Positions 25,942-32,949 of a DNA stretch of 32,949 nt are shown here, in pieces; position 1 is the stretch's first letter, and the number at the start of each line of letters is the position of its first letter. The DNA comes from Desulfobacterales bacterium (GTDB lineage: Bacteria > Desulfobacterota > Desulfobacteria > Desulfobacterales > JAHEIW01): positions 1-32,949 of the forward strand of contig JARRJQ010000059.1 in assembly GCA_037388985.1 (NCBI GenBank). The letters are read 5' to 3'. The notes below the pieces were generated by a model that made no database searches, was not told where the DNA came from, and worked only from the letters and a program-made list of their open reading frames with translations. The position numbers were made by a program, and so were the translations under genes.

Positions 25942-26367
25942 GAATTCGGAATGCGGAATGCGGAATATAGAAGGCGGAATACGGAAGGAAGAATAATGCC
26001 TGATAAAGATTTGAAAGAAAGAACAAAGAAGTTCGCCCTAAAAATAATAAAACTGGCTGCATCTCCTCCTCGTACAAGGGAAGCTGATATTATCGGCAGA
26101 CAATTGTTAAAAGCAGGAACCTCCGTTGGTGCTAATTATAGAGAAGCCAACCGCGCCAGGTCAAAAGCAGAATTTAGAGCCAAAATTGGCATAGTTGAGC
26201 AAGAATCGGATGAATCCCTTTATTGGTTAGAATTATTGAAAGAGTCCGGAATTACAAAAGGCAGACTTTTAGAGGAACTATTGATAGAAGCTGACGAATT
26301 AGTAGCAATATTCACAACAATCGGCAAACAATCAAAATTATATTTCCGCATTCCGAGTTCCGAATTC
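25942..26367. mobile_element. Inverted-repeat-bounded cassette carrying a four-helix-bundle gene (intervening-sequence-like insertion)
   Basis: IR-L is GAATTCGGAATGCGGAATGCGGAA (25942-25965). IR-R is TTCCGCATTCCGAGTTCCGAATTC (26344-26367). They are reverse complements at 22 of 24 positions. IR-L is the start of a run of about seven CGGAATG-type heptamers (25947-25995) that also supplies the RBS. Confidence 0.5.
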
Positions 26368-26415
26368 ATGAGAGGAGGAGCGATTGAGCGACGGATCCTA
26401 TCGTCTGGGTTGTGA
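25996..26415 (+). CDS. Four-helix-bundle protein (TIGR02436; 23S rRNA intervening-sequence protein / Avd-like family)
   Basis: MPDKDLKERTKKFALKIIKL...IGRQLLKAGTSVGANYREANRARSKAEF..KIGIVEQESDESLYWLELL is characteristic of this family. The track ORF (from 25849) overlaps the mutase gene. The ATG at 25996 follows GGAAGGA. The 3' tail (RIPSSEF...) is encoded by the repeat and overlaps the hyuA start. Confidence 0.8.
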   Translation: MPDKDLKERTKKFALKIIKLAASPPRTREADIIGRQLLKAGTSVGANYREANRARSKAEFRAKIGIVEQESDESLYWLELLKESGITKGRLLEELLIEADELVAIFTTIGKQSKLYFRIPSSEFMRGGAIERRILSSGL

Positions 26416-28498
26416 TATCGGCGGAACTTTTACGGATTTTGTTCTGGTCAATGATGAAACCGGAGAATTTCAGATCAATAAATGTCTGACCACTCCCAAA
26501 GACCCGTCGGATGCGGTCGAAGAGGGCATCCGGGGCTTGCTGGAACGCCTTCCTGGATTCGTTCCCCAAATAGATGAATTTATTCATGGCACGACCCTGG
26601 TGATCAACGCTATTATCGAAAGAAAGGGAGCCAAAACCGGATTGATCACCACCAGAGGATTTCGGGATGTGCTGGAGCTTGGCCGGGAGATTCGATATGA
26701 TGCTTATGATATTTTTGCCGAATACCCTAAACCCCTCGTTCCCCGATCACTTCGCACAGAGGTATTCGAACGGATCACCGCTGACGGGCGCGTGATTGTG
26801 CAGCTGAAACCTGAAGAGGTCAGCGAGGTGCTCAATGAAATTCGTCAATTGGGAATCGAATCTTTGGCGGTCTGCCTGATTCACTCTTACGAGAATCCGA
26901 TACACGAAATGCAGATAAAGGAAATCGTGAACAAAGAAGCCCCTGGCCTATCCTTGTCGATTTCCTACGAGGTGCTCCCCCAGATCCGTGAATATGAAAG
27001 AAGCTGCACCACGGCAACCAATGCGTATGTCAAACCGATTACCGCCAGGTATCTGGCCAAGCTTTCAGCCAGATTGGAATCCCTTGGTTTTAAGGGCAAG
27101 CTTTTTATCATGCTTTCCAGCGGTGGAATCACATCCGTAGAAACCGCACGCGAATATCCGGTCAGAATCATAGAATCAGGACCCACAGCCGCAGTGATTG
27201 CTTCACAGCATTACGGCAAGATGTTTCAGATCAAAGATATGTTTTGCTTCGACATGGGAGGTACTACCGCAAAATCCTGCCTGATCCAGAAAGGGCAGGC
27301 AGGGCTGGTATCCACCTTTGAAGTCGGCCGTATTCAACGCTTCAAGAAAGGTAGTGGTCTGCCTATCCAGGTGCCGGTGGTTGATTTGATGGAAATTGGT
27401 GCCGGTGGGGGTAGCATTGCCCGCATGAGCAAAATGGGTCTCTTGCAGGTCGGCCCTGAAAGCGCCGGAGCCGACCCTGGGCCGGCCTGTTACGGTCGCG
27501 GCGGTAAGGATCCAACCGTGACGGATGCGGATTTGATGCTGGGATATTTGGATCCGAATTATTTTCTCGGTGGGAGCATGCCGCTGAACCGGGCGGCGGC
27601 CGAACAAGCGATTGAAAAAAAGCTCGCTCAACCTCTTGGAACCTCTGCAACTGAAGCCGCTTTCGGCATTCATGATCTGATCAATGAGACCATGGCGGCA
27701 GCGGCTAAAACCCATATTGCCGAAAAAGGCGGCAATCCGAATATCGTCACCATTTCTGCATTTGGGGGGGCAGGGCCGGTGCATGCATATGGGCTGGCCA
27801 AAAAAATCGGAGCACCCCGCATCCTCGTTCCGCCGCTTGCCGGAGTCGGCTCCGCACTTGGTTTTTTTACCGCACCAGTGGCATTTGACCTGAGTCGAAG
27901 TCATCGGGTCAGTTTGGAAGAGGCCGATTTCGAGCAGATCGAAGGGTTGTTTAAAGAACTGGAGCAGGAAGGGGCTGCCGTTCTGCAGGCAGCGAAGAAA
28001 AATCAGAAAATAAAATTTGAGCGCACCTTGATGATGCGTTTTGTGGGCCAAGGAGCCGAAACCGATCTTGCCCTTAAAAACAGACCATTTGATCAATTGG
28101 AAAAAGGGCAGGTTAGAAAATTGTTTGATGAAGTTTATCAGAAGCTCTATGGTCGGACTTATGCGGAAACGCCGGTTGAATTCGTCACCTTTAAAGTCCG
28201 CGCCAGTTTGCCGCAACGACCTTTCCAGATTCCACCGTTAAAAAATGCAGGGAAAACCATTGCCGATTGCAAAAAAGGCGAACGCCTGGCCTTTTCTCTT
28301 GTAAAAAGACAATACATGCCTTTTGCGGTATACGATCGTTTTAGTCTTTTTCCCGGTGCAACGCTCGGCGGCCCGGCCATTATCGAAGAAAAAGAGTCAA
28401 CGATTATTATGGGAGAAGACGCCAGTGCATCGGTTGATGAATATGGATTTGTTTGGATCAATTTGAATGGCGAAGTCGGAATGGGGAATGCGGAATGA
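26384..28498 (+). CDS. hyuA: Hydantoinase A / oxoprolinase A-family ATP-dependent subunit
   Basis: YRLGCDIGGTFTDFVL, GTTLVINAIIERKGAKTGLITTRGFRDVLE, FDMGGTTAKS, and GADPGPACYGRGG. TTG start at 26384 with AGGAGG (26373-26378) 5 nt upstream. Confidence 0.9.
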   Translation: MSDGSYRLGCDIGGTFTDFVLVNDETGEFQINKCLTTPKDPSDAVEEGIRGLLERLPGFVPQIDEFIHGTTLVINAIIERKGAKTGLITTRGFRDVLELGREIRYDAYDIFAEYPKPLVPRSLRTEVFERITADGRVIVQLKPEEVSEVLNEIRQLGIESLAVCLIHSYENPIHEMQIKEIVNKEAPGLSLSISYEVLPQIREYERSCTTATNAYVKPITARYLAKLSARLESLGFKGKLFIMLSSGGITSVETAREYPVRIIESGPTAAVIASQHYGKMFQIKDMFCFDMGGTTAKSCLIQKGQAGLVSTFEVGRIQRFKKGSGLPIQVPVVDLMEIGAGGGSIARMSKMGLLQVGPESAGADPGPACYGRGGKDPTVTDADLMLGYLDPNYFLGGSMPLNRAAAEQAIEKKLAQPLGTSATEAAFGIHDLINETMAAAAKTHIAEKGGNPNIVTISAFGGAGPVHAYGLAKKIGAPRILVPPLAGVGSALGFFTAPVAFDLSRSHRVSLEEADFEQIEGLFKELEQEGAAVLQAAKKNQKIKFERTLMMRFVGQGAETDLALKNRPFDQLEKGQVRKLFDEVYQKLYGRTYAETPVEFVTFKVRASLPQRPFQIPPLKNAGKTIADCKKGERLAFSLVKRQYMPFAVYDRFSLFPGATLGGPAIIEEKESTIIMGEDASASVDEYGFVWINLNGEVGMGNAE

Positions 28499-28534
28499 TT
28501 TGAATGGGGAAGGTGAGATGTGGAATGCGGAATA
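28477..28534. repeat. Array of degenerate CGGAATG heptamers spanning the hyuA stop codon
   Basis: CGGAATG GGGAATG CGGAATG ... GGGAAGG TGAGATG TGGAATG CGGAATA. The hyuA stop TGA (28496-28498) lies inside a unit. An inverted, related array lies at 28628-28664. Confidence 0.55.
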
Positions 28535-28597
28535 ATTTAAAAATCCTTTTCATTTACCCAAAGTTTATAGGTTTAATTCTAAGGAGACTTATAAAGT

Positions 28598-30376
28598 ATG
28601 CAAAAAAACGGTAACGGCAAGGATGATCCGAATTCCGGTTTCCGAATTTCGAATTCACGCTTCGATCCGATAACGCTGGAAATTTTTTGGCGCCGTTTAA
28701 TCTCTATCGTTGATGAAGCGGATGCCTCTGTGGCCAGAACCGCCTTTTCAAGTCTCTTGCGCGATGCGCATGACTATACCTGTATGTTTACCGACAGCCG
28801 GGGACAGGAACTGGTTCAGGGAACTTTCTGTACGCCGGGTCAGGCCGGAGCCATGGCTTTGGGCATTAAAAACATCATTCGTTCGATTCCATTAGAACAG
28901 TATCGGCCGGGAGACGTATTTATTGTCAATGACCCCTGGTTGCTGGCCGGCCATCTAAACGATGTCTGCGTGTTGAGTCCTATATTTTATAAAGAAAAAC
29001 CGATTGCCTTTACCGCCTGCGTCTTTCATCATTCAGACATCGGGGGGCGGGTGGCTTCCGATAACCGGCAGGTCTACGAAGAAGGGCTGTTCATCCCGCC
29101 GATTAAACTGTATGATGCCGGTGTGCTGAATGAGTCGGTATTGAGAATGATACGCTGGAATGTCAGGACCCCCGAAGAAGTGACGGGGGATATCCGCTCC
29201 CAGGTGGCCGCTAACCACGTATGCTCGCAAAAAGTCATCGAAATGCTGGCAGACGAGGGCCTGGATACTCTGGATGATCTGGCGGAAGAAATTATTGAGC
29301 GAACTGAAAAGAGCATGCGAACTGCCATCGCTAAAATACCTGATGGGATATACCCTTATGAAGGCCTTATTGAAGGAGCCGGCAAGCGAAAAGATATTTC
29401 CATCAAATTAAGCGTGCAGGTCAAGGGCAGCGATATCCAGATCGATTTTGAAGGAACATCTCCTCAGGTCGATTGGGGTGGGAATGTCGTCTATAATTTC
29501 ACATATGCGTATGTTTTTATGGCGATTAAGAGTGCGTTTGATCCGGATATTCCCATCAATGAAGGCGCTATTCGGCCCGTAAAAATGAGTGCACCAGAAG
29601 GCAGCGTGGTCAATTGCAGATTTCCGGCCGCGGTTGCCGCCCGCATGCAGATCGGCCATTTTATGACCGAGATGGTGTTTAAAGCTTTATCAGGAGCAAC
29701 ACCGGATAACATCATTGCCGAAAGTGGGGGAACACCGGCTCAAACCAATATTTTTTACGGAAAACGCTTCAACGGAAAGCCATGGTTGACCATGATTATT
29801 CGGGGCGGCGGAATGGGCGCCAGCAGTAAAATGGATGGGCACCATTGCGCCATCTTTCCGGCCAACGGCGCCAACACGCCTGTGGAAATTTTTGAAAGCG
29901 ATACCCCCTTGATTGTACAGGAGCGCAGTCTGTTATGCGATTCTGGCGGTCCGGGCAAAAAGCGCGGCGGACTCGGAAGAAAATTTGTCATCCGGATCCC
30001 GGACGATGAATTTGCTCCTCTGCCACCGACGACAATTGCCATTCAGGCTGGCAGATTTCGATACCCTCCCGGAGGTTTGTTCAAAGGTGGCAGCGGAAAC
30101 AAAGCTCAATTCCTTGTCAATACTGACGAGGGGGATCCCAGCGGATTGACCCTTTGTGAATCCGGAGATGTCATTCATTTTCACAGTGCCGGCGGAGGCG
30201 GATTCGGCGATCCGCTGGAACGAGAGCCGGCAGCTGTTGAACAGGATGTTATCAACGAATATGTGAGTATTGAACAAGCGCGGCGTCACTACGGTGTGGT
30301 CATCGATCCGCAAACGCTGAAAGTTGATTCGGGGAAAACTCAAAAGCTGCGCACATCGCGGAAGCAAAAAGGATAG
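28598..30376 (+). CDS. hyuB: Hydantoinase B / oxoprolinase B-family subunit
   Basis: DPITLEIFWRRLISIVDEA, RDAHDYTCMFTD, NDPWLLAGHLNDV, and GGGGFGDPLEREP. The N-terminal ~24 aa (MQKNGNGKDDPNSGFRISNSRF) precede the usual family N-terminus and are partly encoded by repeat sequence. Confidence 0.9.
   Translation: MQKNGNGKDDPNSGFRISNSRFDPITLEIFWRRLISIVDEADASVARTAFSSLLRDAHDYTCMFTDSRGQELVQGTFCTPGQAGAMALGIKNIIRSIPLEQYRPGDVFIVNDPWLLAGHLNDVCVLSPIFYKEKPIAFTACVFHHSDIGGRVASDNRQVYEEGLFIPPIKLYDAGVLNESVLRMIRWNVRTPEEVTGDIRSQVAANHVCSQKVIEMLADEGLDTLDDLAEEIIERTEKSMRTAIAKIPDGIYPYEGLIEGAGKRKDISIKLSVQVKGSDIQIDFEGTSPQVDWGGNVVYNFTYAYVFMAIKSAFDPDIPINEGAIRPVKMSAPEGSVVNCRFPAAVAARMQIGHFMTEMVFKALSGATPDNIIAESGGTPAQTNIFYGKRFNGKPWLTMIIRGGGMGASSKMDGHHCAIFPANGANTPVEIFESDTPLIVQERSLLCDSGGPGKKRGGLGRKFVIRIPDDEFAPLPPTTIAIQAGRFRYPPGGLFKGGSGNKAQFLVNTDEGDPSGLTLCESGDVIHFHSAGGGGFGDPLEREPAAVEQDVINEYVSIEQARRHYGVVIDPQTLKVDSGKTQKLRTSRKQKG
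28628..28664. repeat. Inverted heptamer array inside the 5' end of hyuB
   Basis: CCGAATTCCGGTTTCCGAATTTCGAATTCACGCTTCG. Its reverse complement reads CGAAGCG..CGAAATT CGGAAAC CGGAATT CGG, so it is an imperfect inverted partner of 28477-28534. Confidence 0.5.
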
Positions 30377-30473
30377 ATGTCGCCGGAGCCGTTTTAAATG
30401 AGTAGCCCTTGATTGAGCCAGCCCAATGGCAAAACGTTTAAACCATTTCAGAAGTTTTTGAGGGAGACAGATT

Positions 30474-31766
30474 ATGTCCCAAACCTTTATGCCGTCATTT
30501 CAAAATATGGATCAGCTCAAAGCACACCAGTTAAAAGGCCTTCAGTGGACAGTTAATCATGCCTATCAGGGCTCTCGTTTCTATCGGCAAAGTCTGGATG
30601 CTTCCGGCGTAAGACCAGACATGATCCGATCCCTGGAAGATATCCAGAGACTGCCCTTTACCAAAGCCGATGACCTGCGGGACGGGTATCCCTTTCCATT
30701 GTTATCAGTTCCTCAATCCCAGGTGGTGCGGATTCACGCTTCTTCAGGGACGACGGGTAAACGAAAGATCCTGTCCTATACGCAGAAAGATATCGATGAT
30801 TGGATTTATTTTTTTGCCCGCTGCTATGAAATGGCCGGTCTCACACGCGAAGACCGGGTACAGATTGCCGTAGGATATGGGATTTGGACTGCCGGCGCGG
30901 GATTTCAGCTTGGCTGTGAAAAATTCGGCGCCATGGCCGTTCCGGTCGGCCCCGGCAATGTGGACATGCAATGCCAGTTTCTGGTGGACTTGCAATCCAC
31001 TGCCATGTGCTGCACTGCATCGATGGGTCTATTGATGGCTGAAGAAGTCCAGCGCAGGGGTCTAAAGGATAAAATCACCCTTAAAAAAATGATTTTCGGT
31101 TCAGAACGCAGCAGTGATGCCATGCGCAAACGGATAAAAGATCTGTTAGGTCTGGAAGACATGTTCGACATTCCCGGTTTGACGGAGCTTTACGGACCGG
31201 GTACCGGACTGGATTGCTATAAGCATGAAGGCGTTCATTACTGGGCCGATTACTATATCATCGAAATTCTTGATCCGGCTACCCTCGAATCCGTGCCGGC
31301 AGGTGAAACCGGTGAAATGGTAGTCACAACCTTGTGTAAAGAGGCCGCTCCTTTGATCCGCTATCGCACCCGGGATCTGACGCGTTTGATCGATCATCCA
31401 TGTTCATGCGGCAATATTTTGCCGATGCACGACAGAATTTTGGGGCGGTCCGATGATATGATCATTTTCCGGGCCGTTAACATATACCCCGGGCAGATCG
31501 ATCAAGTGCTCTCAAGCGTTGCGGATGCCGGTTGTGAATACCAGATTCATCTGGATCGCAAAACAGATGGAAAAGATTACATGACTGTGCGGCTCGAATG
31601 CAGCGAAAAGTTCGATGCTTCCGGCAAAACTGAGCTGGCCAAAAAAGTCAGTCAAGAAATTAAGAATAAAGTTATGGTCAGTGCTCAAGTCGAAGTAGTG
31701 GATTACGGTTCGCTGCCAAGATCGGAAAGGAAGACGAAACGGTTTTTCGATAATCGACCTCAATAA
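30474..31766 (+). CDS. paaK: Phenylacetate-CoA ligase-like adenylate-forming enzyme (PaaK / F390 synthetase family)
   Basis: LPFTKADDLRDGYPFPLLSVP...VRIHASSGTTGKRKILSYTQKDIDDW, and RYRTRDLTR. 430 aa, the typical PaaK size. The actual substrate is unknown. Confidence 0.8.
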   Translation: MSQTFMPSFQNMDQLKAHQLKGLQWTVNHAYQGSRFYRQSLDASGVRPDMIRSLEDIQRLPFTKADDLRDGYPFPLLSVPQSQVVRIHASSGTTGKRKILSYTQKDIDDWIYFFARCYEMAGLTREDRVQIAVGYGIWTAGAGFQLGCEKFGAMAVPVGPGNVDMQCQFLVDLQSTAMCCTASMGLLMAEEVQRRGLKDKITLKKMIFGSERSSDAMRKRIKDLLGLEDMFDIPGLTELYGPGTGLDCYKHEGVHYWADYYIIEILDPATLESVPAGETGEMVVTTLCKEAAPLIRYRTRDLTRLIDHPCSCGNILPMHDRILGRSDDMIIFRAVNIYPGQIDQVLSSVADAGCEYQIHLDRKTDGKDYMTVRLECSEKFDASGKTELAKKVSQEIKNKVMVSAQVEVVDYGSLPRSERKTKRFFDNRPQ

Positions 31767-31829
31767 CGATTCTATGACTCTAGAATTAAATAATGACTTC
31801 GTCTGGACAAAGAGCGATAAATTACAAAT

Positions 31830-31959
31830 AAATTCGAAATTCGAATATCGAAACGCGAAACAAATCCGAATATCGAATGATTTAAATCCAAAAGTTCTGA
31901 GCATTTGAATTTAGAATTTTTGACATTGTTTCGTATTTCGAAATTCGTGCTTCGAATTT
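31830..31959. repeat. MITE/REP-like element bounded by inverted CGAAAT-type repeat arms
   Basis: Left arm AAATTCGAAATTCGAATATCGAAACGCGAAACAA (31830-31863). Right arm TTGTTTCGTATTTCGAAATTCGTGCTTCGAATTT (31927-31959). The interior is related to 16313-16479 in reverse orientation. Confidence 0.6.
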
Positions 31960-32049
31960 AACGGATTGGTAAAACTTTTGTTTAAAACAATCATAAATAT
32001 TTAAACTCGTGTTCACTTAGTATAGGAACAGAAGAAGGAGGATGTTGAG

Positions 32050-32949
32050 ATGTTGGAAAAAGCGTATATACCCTATGGAGGATACTACAGTTCGCCTTTT
32101 TGCCGCTGGCAGGGAAGTCTGGCCAATGAAAACGCAATTACCTTGGGAGCCGCCACCGCCAAACGTTGGATGGCTCACAAGAAATGGGATCCGAAAATAA
32201 TCGATTATCTCGTTTTCGGAATTACCATTCATCAGCCGCATGGTTTTTACGGAAGCACATGGGCGGCGGCTATGATGGGATGTGCAGATATTCCGGGAAT
32301 ACTCATCAGTCAAGCCTGCACCACCTCCACGACCTGCATCTGGCAGGCAAGCATGGGCGTTGAAACGGGCCTCTTTGAAAATTGCTTCTGCCTGATGACT
32401 GACCGCTGTTCAAACGGCCCGCACGCGATATGGCCAAACCCGCTGGGGCCCGGCGGCCAGGTTATCTATGAAGATTGGCTGATGGACAATTTCGGCAAAG
32501 ATCCCTGGGCCGGAGGGGCTATGATTCAAACTGCGGAAAATGTTGCCAAAGAAGCCGGCATCACGCGCAAACAGTGCGATGCGCTTACCCTGCGGCGGTA
32601 CCAGCAGTACCAGGATTCTTTGGCCGACGACCGTGCCTTTCAAAAGCGGTATATGTTTCCGGTGGAGATCGCGGTTTCGAAAATAAAGACTATCCTGGTG
32701 GAAGAAGACGAAGGCATCATCGAAAGCACTGCCGAAGGATTGGCCGGACTGAAACCGGTCATTCCCGAGGGTGTGCACACTTACGGAGCGCAATCGCATC
32801 CGGCTGACGGAAACTGCGCAGTGGCTGTCACAACCCGTGAAAAGGCGAGGCAGTTGAGTTCCGACCCGAATATCGAAATTCAGGTGATTTCTTACGGCTA
32901 TGCGCGGGCCAAAAAAGCTTTCATGGCGGCAGCGGTTTACCCCGCCGTG
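32050..32949 (+). CDS. Thiolase-family protein (acetyl-CoA C-acyltransferase-like); 3' end runs off the window
   Basis: Absent from the ORF track because it has no in-window stop. The ATG at 32050 is preceded by GAAGGAGGA (32034-32042). 300 uninterrupted codons: MLEKAYIPYGGYYSSPFCRWQGSLANENAITLGAATAKRW...ILISQACTTSTTCIWQA (nucleophile Cys context)...YGAQSHPADGNCAVAVTTREKA. Confidence 0.8.
   Translation, partial: MLEKAYIPYGGYYSSPFCRWQGSLANENAITLGAATAKRWMAHKKWDPKIIDYLVFGITIHQPHGFYGSTWAAAMMGCADIPGILISQACTTSTTCIWQASMGVETGLFENCFCLMTDRCSNGPHAIWPNPLGPGGQVIYEDWLMDNFGKDPWAGGAMIQTAENVAKEAGITRKQCDALTLRRYQQYQDSLADDRAFQKRYMFPVEIAVSKIKTILVEEDEGIIESTAEGLAGLKPVIPEGVHTYGAQSHPADGNCAVAVTTREKARQLSSDPNIEIQVISYGYARAKKAFMAAAVYPAV

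Noticed and set aside
25849-25995. N-terminal extension of the four-helix-bundle ORF overlapping the mutase 3' end
   Set aside because: The extension is translated from the mutase gene out of frame and from the heptamer array. The family-typical sequence begins at the ATG at 25996.
25947-25995. Possible CRISPR array (tandem short repeats here and at 28477-28534)
   Set aside because: The units are 7 nt and directly abutting, with no spacers, and no cas genes are present. These are heptamer microsatellite-like arrays, not CRISPR.
25996-26415. Diversity-generating retroelement (the four-helix-bundle protein is Avd-like)
   Set aside because: The window contains no reverse transcriptase gene and no template/variable repeat pair with adenine-specific differences.
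27203-28216. 337-aa minus-strand ORF, the longest unannotated ORF in the track
   Set aside because: It is entirely antisense to hyuA, whose plus-strand frame has unmistakable hydantoinase A motifs. The antisense translation is Arg/Gly/Phe-rich low-complexity sequence with no recognisable motif or RBS, so it is a typical shadow ORF.

Overview
32.9-kb bacterial chromosomal window with no rRNA, tRNA or CRISPR. The gene content (indolepyruvate:ferredoxin oxidoreductase, PaaK-type ligase, family III CoA-transferase, split B12 mutase, four-helix-bundle cassette) suggests an anaerobe, possibly a deltaproteobacterial sulfate reducer; this taxonomic call is inference only. Left part (1-8.8 kb): a minus-strand operon encodes a sensor-domain membrane protein, a Ser/Thr kinase, a PP2C phosphatase, an FHA-fused class III nucleotide cyclase and an MBOAT O-acyltransferase. 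It is divergent from a LysM polysaccharide deacetylase and a 2xLysM/TPR lipoprotein. Rest (8.8-32.9 kb): an acyl-CoA catabolic region. It contains a fused 3-hydroxyacyl-CoA dehydrogenase/enoyl-CoA hydratase, serA, a broken iorAB, an acyl-CoA dehydrogenase, an orphan carboxyltransferase and a decarboxylase-like crotonase. A small opposite-strand islet (GNAT, ICMT-like, DinB) follows a PilZ gene. Then comes a long plus-strand operon: family III CoA-transferase, GntR regulator, split and divergent B12 acyl-CoA mutase, hydantoinase A/B pair, PaaK-like ligase and thiolase. Three observations stand out beyond ordinary annotation. (1) The palindrome TTGTATAC-N-GTATACAA overlaps sigma70-like promoters at three separate loci, which suggests one regulon under the in-cluster GntR. 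(2) A family of CGGAATG / CGAAATT heptamer-based inverted repeats sits at operon junctions; it flanks a four-helix-bundle gene like an rRNA intervening sequence and supplies the coding ends of hyuA and hyuB. (3) The phospho-Thr to cyclic-nucleotide module is transcriptionally fused to glycan-acylation genes. Two genes that run off the window edges (MBOAT at the left, thiolase at the right) are absent from the ORF track and were found by manual translation.
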